A stretch of DNA of 64,000 bases from Prasinococcaceae sp. CCMP 1430 (lineage: Eukaryota > Plantae > Prasinodermophyta), in the NCBI GenBank assembly GCA_013416795.1, contig RQSC01000025.1, forward strand, positions 1 to 64,000, in the 5' to 3' direction. Position 1 is the first letter of the stretch. Each line of letters opens with the position of its first letter. The notes beneath the pieces were generated by a model. The model saw nothing but the letters and a program-made list of their open reading frames with translations. It was not told where the DNA came from and ran no database searches. The position numbers were made by a program, and so were the translations under genes. Positions 45,493 through 55,742 of the stretch are shown here, piece by piece.

Positions 45493-47018
45493 TCATCTCG
45501 CATAAAACGTCGAGAGCGAGTCGGCGTCGCCTACCCACCTGAAGTGCCAAGGCTCGTAGTCGACGCCGGCCTCGTTGCCGCGTGGGAAGCTAAGCTCGAA
45601 GTGGTACCTCGCGGCATTGCGCTGTAGCCAAGCGTACGCACGCGTGCGCTCGAAGCTGTGGGCCACGAGGTGCGCAGATGGGACGTCCGCGTCTCCGATG
45701 TCAACGGCGTAGCCTGTGTGGTGCTCGGAGAAGCCGGGCGGTGCTGACACGCGCGCGCGCTCGCCAGCGGCCTGCATTCTAGCCGCCTTCGTGCCAAAAA
45801 AGAGCGCCTCCTGGTCTTTGATCGACCGGAAGGTGGACAGGGGGACCAGGTACACGCCGTCGCTTCGGGCCATGTCCTGCATGGTCAGGAAGTCGCGCGC
45901 CGCCCCGTGCCGCATGCGCTCCGTGCCGCAGCCGGTCACAGGCGTCAGGTCGGCCGCGCGAGCCTCCTGCTGCCGCCTGTGGCCCATGATACTCTGGACC
46001 GATCCCTGCGTCCCCGCCGCCGCCGCACCTGCGGTGACCGCGTTGCGGAGCGGGCGCTGCGGATCTGCTTGCGCAGCATTCCATGCCCAGCCAGCAAAGC
46101 CAGCGCAAAGCGCAGCGCATCCCAACGCGACCATTCTGCCGCCGTCGTCGGTCGAGCTGCGGCCACCCGCCCCACGGCGGGCAAGAGAGCCAGCGCGCGT
46201 CGCCTCGTGGATGCGGATGGGTGCCGCCGGGGACCTTCCCGCGGCCGCACCTCCACTCGAACGACGCCCCCGCGACGGCATGTCCACTGTGCCCCGGGTC
46301 TCGGGCGCAGCACCGTTCGCGTCGCCATTGGCGGGCAGCGGCGAATCCTCGACCGGCGGGCTGCTCTGCAGCCTCCGCTGCTGCATCTGCCACTCGAGCT
46401 TCTCCGCCTGGGCGGCCCGCTGCTTCTCCGCCTGAGCGGCCCGCTGCCCCTCGCGGCCGCCCCCACGTCGCCGCCCACTGTAGGCGGGTTCGTCCGCTGG
46501 CGGCGCCATGGTCACCTCAGCTGCGCCGGACGCGGCGGCAGTGCTCGCGACCTCGTCCGCGAGCACTGAGCCAAGCCTCTTGGCCATGCTTGACGCGCCC
46601 GCCGTGCTGCCATTGGGACGCTCCACGCGGCCGTTGACGCCATTGGCATCCCTCCGTGCACCGCCTTCCCCGCGCACGCCCTCAGGCCTGGCCGCGCCGC
46701 CACGCTCGGCGCGCGAGTCACTGATGGTCTCCCGCAGCCGATCATTTGCTCCGCCGCCGCCGCCGCCGCCGAAGCGCACGCGCTTCGCCTGCGCGCGCGC
46801 GGCTCGCCTGCGTGAGAGTCGCCCCCCCCCGTCGCGCCGCGCCACAAACAGCCGCCGCCAGCGCCTCGCCCCCCCTCGCCCCGCTCCGCCGCAGGCGCAA
46901 CCGCCCGCCCCTTTGGCCGTACCTTGTACTCCTTTGCGGCGGCCGCGCCGGCGACGGCCGCGAGCAGCAGCGCTGCCGCTGCGAGCAGCGGCTGCGGCCC
47001 GTTCTTTCGCCGCCCCAT
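45493..47018 (-). CDS. VanY-type D-alanyl-D-alanine carboxypeptidase (peptidase M15B) after a long linker and TM segment; intron 46789-46922
   Basis: STFRS, SAPPGFSEHHTGYAVD (SxHxxGxAxD), WLQRNAARYHF, YEPWHFRWVG (ExxH). Confidence 0.88.
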
Positions 47019-47823
47019 GGCGACGCTTCCCTCTCGGCGCGGCGCGGCGCGCGAGGAGGGGGGGGGGAAGCTCGGCCGGGGCTGCACGCGCTCCGCGCGC
47101 GCTCTGCCTCGCCTCCGCGACAGCGCCTGCGGCAGCGCCGGCAAACGGCGCCGATCGAAAGCCCGGCGGAGCACAGCCAAAACCACCCACCCGATCAAAA
47201 ACGGCGCCAACTCGACCGACCCCGGAGAGAAAAAAAAAGGGGGGAACCCGCCGAACCACCGAAGGAACGACCCGGGGCGCCTGCGCATGCGCACGCATGC
47301 TTGCGATTGTTGTTGTTTGCTGGTTGTTTGTTGTTGCTGTGAGTCCGATTTTTCGGGTCGGGATTTGAATGTGGGTTTGATTGCGATTGCGATTGCTTGT
47401 TGATTGGATGTTATTGGAAGGAGATGCAGCGGAAACGCGCGGCTGTTGACCTGTTGTGAGAAGCTGTCTGTCTGTCTGTCTCTCTGTTGTCGGTCGGTCG
47501 GCGCCGGCCGGCGTTTTTTTTGTATTCTTTTCCGGGTTGGCGGGGCGCTTCGTCGGGTCGTTTTCGGTGCGAGGGACGGGCGGGCGCGCGGGGCGGCGCG
47601 CGCCCGCGGAACGCATCATCCGGTCTACGCGCTGCCTAACCCTGATTTTCCTTCTTGGTACCAGGGTAAATTAGGGGCCACCCACGGACAGACACGGGCT
47701 GTCGGCGGGATTGATTTCGGAGCGGGCCGGCCTGGCCGCGCGCACGCTACCAGCCAGTCGGCGCGCGCGCGCTGCAGCGCAGTCTTGAGAGAGGGGAGGG
47801 AACCGTGGCGGCAGCGGGGCGCG

Positions 47824-48984
47824 ATGAGCGGCGCGGTCGCGGCAGCGGCCGTCGCCGCGGTGCCACCGCTGCTCAGGCGCGTGATCGTCGTGCGCAAGTG
47901 GCTGGCTGTGCCCGCGCTCACCGCCCGCGCGCTGCCGCAGTGCGTGGCGGACGCGGCCGCTTACGTCGAGGAGGGCGTCGACTCGCACGGAGGCAACACC
48001 GCCGATGCTGGTGGCGATGCGGGAGAGCGGGCGGCGCACCTCGCACGGCACGAGGCGGCGTGCATGGCGCTCTCTGATGCGCTCCACAGCGCGGGCGCGG
48101 CACGCGTTGAGTTCAGCGCTTTGCGCAGAGATGACGCTGCAGGCGCGAGCGCTGCTGCAAGCACGCCGTCTTCGAGTGATAGGGACGAGGCCACCACGAG
48201 CCCCCTCACCGACTTCGACCTGGCGGATGAGCTGAAAGATGCGAGCTTGGTCGTCACGGTTGGTGGCGACGGTACCGCGCTGAGAACTTCAGCCGCGCTG
48301 TCGGAGATCAGCGCGCGAGGGGGCGTTGAACCCCCGATGCTCGCTGTCAACTCGGACTCGCTGCATTCGGTGGGCGCCCTCTGCGCTCTCCGGGCTTCGG
48401 ACGGCGCCGAGGCGCTGGCAGGCGCGCTGCTCATGGCGGCTCGAGGCAAGTGGGAGCCAGAGACGCGCTGTAGGCTGCGCGTTCAAGTTTGCGACCACCG
48501 AGGGCGGAGAACGGAGGAGCTACTCGCGACAAATGAGGCGTTGGTGGCGCATGCGTGCCCGGCGGGCGCCAGCAGATTAAGGCTCACCTACGGCGATGCT
48601 CAGCGACGTTGCACCTGCTCGGGCGTGTGGGTGACCACTGCTGCCGGCGTTACCGGCGCGGCGGGAAGCGCCGGGGCAGGCGACATGGGCCCCCCGGCCG
48701 GCAACATGAGCCTGCAGTACGTCCTACGTGAGGAACACGCGGGCAGCGTGCGCCTGCGCTCGCCACAGTCCGAGGGCGAGGAGCTCAGCTCGAGTGGCGT
48801 GCTCGACGCAAGCGACGGAAACGCGCTGTGCGTGACGTGGGAGGGACCTGAAGAGGGCGCCGTGTGGGTGGACGGCGCACACGGCGCACATGCCAGGCTG
48901 TGCGCTGGGTACTCACTCATGTGCACGCCCGACGGCCCGCCTTTGCGCCTGTTCGCGCGCGGCGCGCTCGAGCACGGGCACTAG
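47824..48984 (+). CDS. NAD(H) kinase family protein (plant NADK3-like)
   Basis: VTVGGDGTAL, AVNSD, TNEALVAH, SGVWVTTAAG. Confidence 0.85.
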   Translation: MSGAVAAAAVAAVPPLLRRVIVVRKWLAVPALTARALPQCVADAAAYVEEGVDSHGGNTADAGGDAGERAAHLARHEAACMALSDALHSAGAARVEFSALRRDDAAGASAAASTPSSSDRDEATTSPLTDFDLADELKDASLVVTVGGDGTALRTSAALSEISARGGVEPPMLAVNSDSLHSVGALCALRASDGAEALAGALLMAARGKWEPETRCRLRVQVCDHRGRRTEELLATNEALVAHACPAGASRLRLTYGDAQRRCTCSGVWVTTAAGVTGAAGSAGAGDMGPPAGNMSLQYVLREEHAGSVRLRSPQSEGEELSSSGVLDASDGNALCVTWEGPEEGAVWVDGAHGAHARLCAGYSLMCTPDGPPLRLFARGALEHGH

Positions 48985-49074
48985 CAAGCGAGCAGTGCTC
49001 GAGGGATGGCCGCCTTGACATGCGTAGGAAGGTGTGTCACAACGCGTGCATTGCGATCGCACCCAAATAAGAGG

Positions 49075-50217
49075 CTACTTGCTTGGGTTGACGGCGTTGT
49101 ACACAGCCGACATATCGCACTCCCCCTCGCCCGCCTGCATCGCCTGCTTGTACAGTTCGTTGGCGGCTGCCGCAATCGGCGTCGCTTGGCCGAGCTCATC
49201 TCCGAGCTGCAGCACCAGGCGAAGGTCCTTCTGCTGGTGTTTGAGCGGGAATTGCGGGCCAAACGAGCGGCCCTTGACGGCGCCGCCCTGTTGGCGCGGG
49301 AGGGGGGCACGCGCCACCGGCGGCCGCACGCGCGTGCCGTGGCGGAGTGGCGCGGTCAGAAATCAGCAGGCCCAGACGGCGCGCCGCGCGCGCCCCAGCG
49401 GCGCGTCGCGGGCTGAGCGCTCCTGTCCCTCACCTTCATGGCGAATATGGGCGCCGCGATGGCGCCGAGCGAGAGCACCTCGAGCAGGTCGTCCTGCGAG
49501 AGGCCGCCCTTGTCGGCAAGCGCCATGCCCTCTGCGAAGGAGCTCATCATGGAGCCCATGATCATGTTGACGATCAGTTTCATGCGCGCGCCCGCACCAA
49601 CCTCCTCGCTCAGAAGGAAGGACTTCTTGCCCATCACGTCGAATGCAGGAAGGGCCAGGTCGTACGCCGACTTGTCGCCGGCTGCGAGGATGATGAGAGT
49701 GCCGTCGATTGCGGGCTTCTTGGAGCCCGACACGGGCGCTTCGAGGTAGCGGCCGCCCTTCGCAGTCACAGCCTCAGCCACGCGCCGCGAGGTGTGCTCG
49801 TCGATCGTCGACATGTCCACGAACACCTGCCGCATGCCGGCGCAGCGGAGCGCTCGTCAGCGCCGCGCATGCGCGCGGTCTTGCGCACCTGCGGCGGGCG
49901 ACGGCGGCGCAGCCCCCGCGCGCGCGGGGGCGCGGAAGCGCTCGCACCTTGCCCTCGGAGATGCCCTCGAGCACGCCGCCTGGGCCAAACACGAGCTTCT
50001 CGACGGCGCTGGGATCCGACACGCACGCGAACGTCACGTCCGACGCCGCCACGGCCGCGGCCGCCGTCTCGGCCTGCGCGCAGCCGAGCGCGACGAGCTC
50101 CGCGCACTTGTCGGCGGACCGGTTCCACACCGTCGTCTTCATGCCCGCCTTGTGCAGGTTGGCGGCCATCGCGCTGCCGAGGATGCCCATGCCCAGGTAG
50201 GAGCACGAGATCGTCAT
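49075..50217 (-). CDS. GLYR: Glyoxylate/succinic semialdehyde reductase; introns 49827-49947 and 49288-49433
   Basis: YLGMGILG, VWNRS, FVDMST, LEAPVSGSKKPA, MKLIVN, FPLKHQQKDLRL. Confidence 0.92.
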
Positions 50218-50578
50218 GGCGACTGGATGAGCGGACCGCAGGCGCGCGCAGGGGAAATTGGAGGGGAGGGGAGGGAGAGCGGCTGTGGCGCCCCCGCCCG
50301 CGCGCCCCACCAGCTCCCCGCTGCCACATAAGCACGAACGCTTGTCCCACGATGCTGATGATAATACGTGTGCACCTCGATGGCGATATTGGTATCGTCG
50401 CAATGTGTCGCATCGTCGCCCGACATATTGATTCACCCACACACGCATGCAGCCCAGCCGAACTCGTTTTGATCTGTGCCGCCAGTGCCGCCATGACCTT
50501 TAGTCTCCCGTGGTTCTATTTTACGCGTGCGCGCAGGTGTCTGTCTGATCGGCATGTGGGGGCGCGTGAGCGGAGCAG

Positions 50579-51189
50579 GGGCCGTCGCCGTTGCCGTTGC
50601 CTGGCGCCGCGGGCGCCGCGCGCGACGTCGCAGCGCTCGCCGACCGCGGCGTGACGCACGTGCTCACGCTGGGGCACGGCATGGACATGTTGAGCGCCGA
50701 GTGTGGCCTCGTGCGTGCGACTGTGCCAGTCGCCGACGAGGCGACCGCCGCGGCAGCCGCGCAGCTCGAGGCGGGGCTCCCCGAGGGTGCGCGTCAGCGC
50801 GCAGCGTCGCGCAGTGGCCGCGCATCGCTTGGCCTCCGCTCGCTGTGAATCGGGCCACCCCGGCCGCGATCCTCCCGTGCTTTCCCCTGCACTGCCTGCG
50901 GCTGACTGAGCTCCCTGCCCTCGCTCGCCACCGCGCACGCGCAGCGCTCGACTTCATCGACGCCGGCCTGGCGGGCGGGGGCGCCGTGCTCGTACACTGC
51001 TTCGCCGGCGTGAGCAGGTCGGTCACCGTCGTCGCCGCGTGGCTCATGCTGCGGTCGGGTCGCGCGGACTGCGCCGACGCCGAGGGGGCGCTCGCTGCCG
51101 TGCGCGCGGCGAGGCCACGCGCGAAGCCCAACGCGGCTTTTTGGGCAATGCTGGAGAGGCTCGAACACACACGCGTGGATAATGGATAA
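50579..51189 (+). CDS. Dual-specificity protein phosphatase; intron 50787-50944; start unresolved
   Basis: GVTHVLT, VPVADE, LPE|ALDFID, VLVHCFAGVSRS (HCx5R), PNAAF. Confidence 0.85.
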
Positions 51190-51230
51190 ACTAGTTGCGA
51201 CGCAGCACGCGCGTCGATGCGCCGAGGCGC

Positions 51231-51786
51231 TCAGCAGTCGTAGAAGCTCTGCGAGTTGGACTCCATGTCCCTCAGAACGAGCTCTTCGACCCTGCGCGCG
51301 GTGCCGTCGCCGCTCTCGGCGGAGTAGTCGAACGCCAGCACGACCTCCTCCCCCGTGGCGGGATCCTCGTAGAGCAGCTCGTCGACGGGCAGCATGAGCC
51401 TGCTTGTGGAGCTCACTATGCAGCCGCGCCACGCGCGCGCGTCGGCGAGCAGCGGGGCGTCCAGCCGCACCGCGATGCCCTCCCTCGCGCACGCGCGGAG
51501 CGCCACGTCGCGCACTGTGCCGCTGAGCACGCCCTCACCCGCCGTGGCGACGGCGCCGTCGGCCTCCACCGCGTAGAAGTTCGAGCTAAGGCCTTCCATG
51601 AGGCGCCCGTCCGCATCGACCAGCACGACCTCGTTGGCGCCCGCGGCCTTGCCAGCGCCCGCGAGTCCCGCGCGCTCGCCCACCCACGCCGAGTCCTTGG
51701 CGGCCGCATTTGCGCGCGGCGCGCCACGCACGAGCGCGCGCACGGGGTGCGCCGGGCGAGGCGGCAGCGGCGCGGCGTGAGCGCGC
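51231..51786 (-). CDS. Aminotransferase class IV (D-amino-acid aminotransferase-like) C-terminal part; 5' part lies in the N gap
   Basis: NEVVLV...LMEGLSSNFY, GVLSGTVR, SSTSRLMLPV. Confidence 0.75.
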
Positions 51787-52278
51787 NNNNNNNNNNNNNN
51801 NNNNNNNNNNNNNNNNNNNNNNNNNNNNNNNNNNNNNNNNNNNNNNNNNNNNNNNNNNNNNNNNNNNNNNNNNNNNNNNNNNNNNNNNNNNNNNNNNNNN
51901 NNNNNNNNNNNNNNNNNNNNNNNNNNNNNNNNNNNNNNNNNNNNNNNNNNNNNNNNNNNNNNNNNNNNNNNNNNNNNNNNNNNNNNNNNNNNNNNNNNNN
52001 NNNNNNNNNNNNNNNNNNNNNNNNNNNNNNNNNNNNNNNNNNNNNNNNNNNNNNNNNNNNNNNNNNNNNNNNNNNNNNNNNNNNNNNNNNNNNNNNNNNN
52101 NNNNNNNNNNNNNNNNNNNNNNNNNNNNNNNNNNNNNNNNNNNNNNNNNNNNNNNNNNNNNNNNNNNNNNNNNNNNNNNNNNNNNNNNNNNNNNNNNNNN
52201 NNNNNNNNNNNNNNNNNNNNNNNNNNNNNNNNNNNNNNNNNNNNNNNNNNNNNNNNNNNNNNNNNNNNNNNNNNNNNN
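51787..52278. other. Assembly gap (492 N)
   Basis: N run covering the 5' ends of the aminotransferase and rhodanese genes. Confidence 1.
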
Positions 52279-52279
52279 C

Positions 52280-53754
52280 CGCGCGCCGCGCGAGCGCGCG
52301 CATGATGGGCATGGCCGGCCGCGAGGTTGGCACGCGCGAGGGCGGCCGCCCGCAGCACTGGCTGCCCGGCGAGTGGCCCGACCCGGAGCTCGTCGACTAC
52401 TGCGGCGCCAACTTCCCCGACGACGGCATCGCCACCGTCGAGCAGGGCTACACCCTCATGATGGACTACGACTACACCGTCCTCGACGTGCGCTGCGACC
52501 CCGAACTCAACGTCACGCCCGTCATCCGCACCGGCGTCAACGTGCCCATCATCTTCGGCAAGAAGAAGTTCGAGAACGGACAGATCACGTACGACCAGGT
52601 GAGGCGGGGCTGGAAGCGTGGTGGCGCGCGCCGTGTTCGTGCGCTGCGTTGCGCAGCGCGTGTGTGCGCAGACGCGCGCTGGCGCCGCCAAGAGCGCGCG
52701 CGAGCTGCGCGCGGGCCGTGGCGCTGACGATTGGCTCGCATCGCCATGCACTGCGCCGCGCTCGCCGCGCTCTCGCGCGGCCCGCCTCGCTCGCCGCTGC
52801 GCGGCAGGAGGCCAACGCGAACTTCATCGAGGACGTGAAGGCCGCGGGCTTCACCCAGGACTCCAAGATCCTCGTGTGCTGCTCGGACGGCCGCCAGCGC
52901 TCCATCATGGCGCTGATGGCGCTCGACGACGCCGGCTTCACCAACATCGTCGGCCTCAAGGGCGGCGCCAACTTCTTCGCGCGCATTTTTGACAACAAGC
53001 TCGTGCGCCGCCTGGGCATGGAGGCCAAGGAGGTGTACACGCACAGCGGCGACGGCTGCGGCATCCACGGCTCGGGCGCCGCCTTCAAGAAGGTGGACTC
53101 CGTGCTGATGGACCTCGGCTCGGTGAAGGACAGCATCACGTGGATCGACTGGGAGGAGGCGGGTGCGTCACGCGCTTGCGCGGGCGGCTGCTCGCACGGG
53201 CGCGCTCGCGCGACTGCCGGCTGCATGCGCACGCGCCTCGCCGCCGCTCCCTTGTATCTGTGACGCGCGTCGGTGGCGGTCGCACGACGCGCATTATGCT
53301 ACGCTCATCCTCATCGCCCCCAATGCCCGATGGGGCGCGCGGAGGGCGTCGTTCTCCAAGAGCTGACGCGATAGCGCTCGTATCCTGCGCTCGACGCTCC
53401 TCAACTTTCGCGTTGCCTGCAGTTGGCGGTGCGGGCGGCTACAGCGCCCCGGCCCCGGCGCCGGCCCAGGACTACGCCGCCCCGGCGCCCGCCCAGGACT
53501 ACGACTACGGCTCCTCGGCGCCGGCCCAGGACTACGACTATGGCTCCTCGGCGCCCGCCCAGGACTATGACTACGGCTACGGCGCGTCGGCGCCCGCCCA
53601 GGAGTCCTACGACTACGGCTCCTCGGCGCCCGCCCAGGAGTCCTACGACTACGGCTCCTCGGCGCCTGCCCAGGAGTCCTACGACTACGGCTCCTCGGCG
53701 CCGGCCAGCTCCCCGACGACGGTCAACGACCCGTCCGGTGGGTACAGCTGGTAA
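52280..53754 (+). CDS. Plastid-type rhodanese-like protein with C-terminal Tyr/Asp tandem repeats; introns 52599-52807 and 53163-53422
   Basis: VLDVR, VNVP, ILVCCSDGRQRS, LKGG; phase-1 intron G|GTGCGT...GCTGAC...CAG|TT joins the repeat exon ending GGYSW-stop. Confidence 0.75.
53446..53706 (+). repeat. Coding minisatellite of 33/36-nt units (YDYGSSAPAQD/ES)
   Basis: About six full units preceded by degenerate APAQDY units. Confidence 0.92.
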
Positions 53755-54057
53755 GAAGCTGGAGTGGCTGCGCAAAGGGGCGAGGGTCGACGGGGGCCCC
53801 AGCGACCCGCAACATTCAGCTCGTCGCAACCTTGATTTGCTCGACCGACGCGAGGCGCCGGTGACACCCTCCAGGCGCGCTCTGCTGCAAGAAACCCCTC
53901 TAGCTTCCCTCATTGTGAAGATTTCAACTTCTTACGTACGACGTCCTCTTATCCTTTCCTCTGTGCGTGTTTGTGCTACTACAATATGCTACTAGTATTC
54001 AATAGGTACAATAGGTAGTGCTAGTGTACAGACATGGTCTTCGTGGCAGCCGACGCC

Positions 54058-55224
54058 TCAGATGCCATCGTAGTTGCAGTCCCCGTCCAGCTCACGCAGC
54101 TCCTCGCGCAGGCGGATGGCCAGGCCATACTTCTCTTCTTCGGCCGCTTGGCGCATGTCCGCCTCGAGCAGCGTGCGGTAGCTCAGCCCCATGTCCGCGC
54201 CCTCATCGCCTGCGAGGTCGTTGACGTGCGTGGCGATTTCCGCGCGGATCTTGCGAGCATCGTCCCAACGCTCCTCCGAGAGCGCGAGCGCTAGGCCCAT
54301 GCGCAGCGTGGCGTTGGGCATCATGCGCCGGGGCGCGCGCTTGCGGGCACCTCGCCTGGACGCCTTCCCGTGGCCCTTGCCAGCCGCACCGCCATGGGCG
54401 GCCTCCCTGTAGGGAAGCTTCGCGGCGGCCTCAGACCATCCGCTCGTGTCGTTCGGAACATCCCTCTGGTTGGAGCTGGCAGGCTTCCACACGGGAGGGA
54501 CCACCGGCCCCGTCTCGGGTGGGGATTGGTACTGGGCTGGCCCGCTTTGACGCTTGGCGCCCTCGTCCTGGTCGAGCAACGCTGCCTGCCAGCCTCCGCC
54601 CTGCACGTCCACTGCCGACTCGTCCACGACGTCCTTGGCCACGTATATGGGGTTGGCGAAGCGCAGGGCGAGGTTGATGGCGTCCGACACGCTCGCCTCC
54701 ACGGCAGTCGTGGGCTTTCCCGTCTCCAAATCGGCATAGCGCACGACTCCCACGAGCGCGTCGTCATCGACCACCTCGCCGGGGGTGGCGGGGTTCCCGA
54801 CGGCCTCGTCGGCGTCACATGCGTGCACGATGCACACGTGCGACACGGCCACGCCGAGCCCGCGCAGCGAGTTGGAGAAGAGGTCGTACGTGCTCGGCGG
54901 CCGCGAGGACGTCAGCTCTTTCATCGCGCTCACCGCGCTGCCGTACTCGCCGTCGTCGACGTACACCGGCAGCACGGCGCCGCTGCCGTCGAGCACCTTG
55001 AGGAAGAGCGCCGGCCCACTATCCGTGCGCGCGGCCGCCTCGAGCTTCACCTCCGAAAACTTGTTGGGGTCCACAAACGGCTGCGACGAGGAGTGGGGCT
55101 TGCTCACCGCGAGCACAGCCTGCCTGCGCGTCGCAGCCGGCGCCCGCCCACCACCGCCGCACCGGCGCCCGCTGCTCGTCGCCGCGCTCGTCGAGCGCTG
55201 GGCGCACGCGACGGTCGCGTGCAN
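54058..55224 (-). CDS. Bifunctional nuclease (DUF151/BFN) with two UVR-like helical hairpins, plastid-type presequence
   Basis: LPVYV...RPPSTYDLF...ASVSDAINLALR..PIYV; LALSEERWDDARKIR and AAEEEKYGLAIRLR; the first codon reads N-T-G at the gap edge and is probably ATG. Confidence 0.8.
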   Translation of the reverse strand, partial: XHATVACAQRSTSAATSSGRRCGGGGRAPAATRRQAVLAVSKPHSSSQPFVDPNKFSEVKLEAAARTDSGPALFLKVLDGSGAVLPVYVDDGEYGSAVSAMKELTSSRPPSTYDLFSNSLRGLGVAVSHVCIVHACDADEAVGNPATPGEVVDDDALVGVVRYADLETGKPTTAVEASVSDAINLALRFANPIYVAKDVVDESAVDVQGGGWQAALLDQDEGAKRQSGPAQYQSPPETGPVVPPVWKPASSNQRDVPNDTSGWSEAAAKLPYREAAHGGAAGKGHGKASRRGARKRAPRRMMPNATLRMGLALALSEERWDDARKIRAEIATHVNDLAGDEGADMGLSYRTLLEADMRQAAEEEKYGLAIRLREELRELDGDCNYDGI

Positions 55225-55231
55225 NNNNNNN
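55224..55231. other. Assembly gap (8 N)
   Basis: N run at the start codon of the BFN gene. Confidence 1.
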
Positions 55232-55742
55232 CCGCCGTGGCGCCGCCGCAGGCGCGCGCGCCGGCGCCGCCGGCGCAAATCCCGCCCCAAATGTACTCCC
55301 GTCGTTTAAAATAATGTAGATAAACATACACACGCGGAATAAGCACCTTTCAAATTGTCGGTCTTCCGCGATTCGCAGCGCCGGCGCGCGCGCGCGCGCG
55401 CGCGCGGGCTGCCCCCTTTTTGCGCGTGCGGCCTCGCCGCCTCCCCGCCGCGAAACGCCCCCGAAATTCTCTCCGCGACGCCCCGCGGCGCGGCCGCGAC
55501 CGCGCGCCCGCGCGCGTCGAAATAGATCCCGCGTTTTTCGTTTCAAAAGCGCGTTGGAATGACGCCCTGCGGCTTCCCGGTTCTGCCCCGCGCGGAGGAC
55601 CGCGCGGGACCCCGCGGACCGCGCTCGCGCGAAATGGCCGCACCGCCGCGAAATCCCCTTTCAGGGGCGAAGGCGACGCGTCGGAGTGTGCCCCCACGTG
55701 CGATCGAAGGGAAGGCCATTGCGAGCCTCAAACGCGGCGTAA

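Noticed and set aside
47300-47530. GT-rich low-complexity region as an ncRNA or repeat element
   Set aside because: No structure or internal homology; consistent with UTR/promoter microsatellites between divergent genes.
50567-50569. In-frame TGA upstream of the dual-specificity phosphatase as recoding
   Set aside because: No conserved Cys is expected there and no SECIS was seen; an unresolved first intron is a simpler explanation.
53446-53706. CRISPR-like array
   Set aside because: Units are contiguous, in-frame coding repeats without unique spacers, in a eukaryotic exon, with no cas genes.
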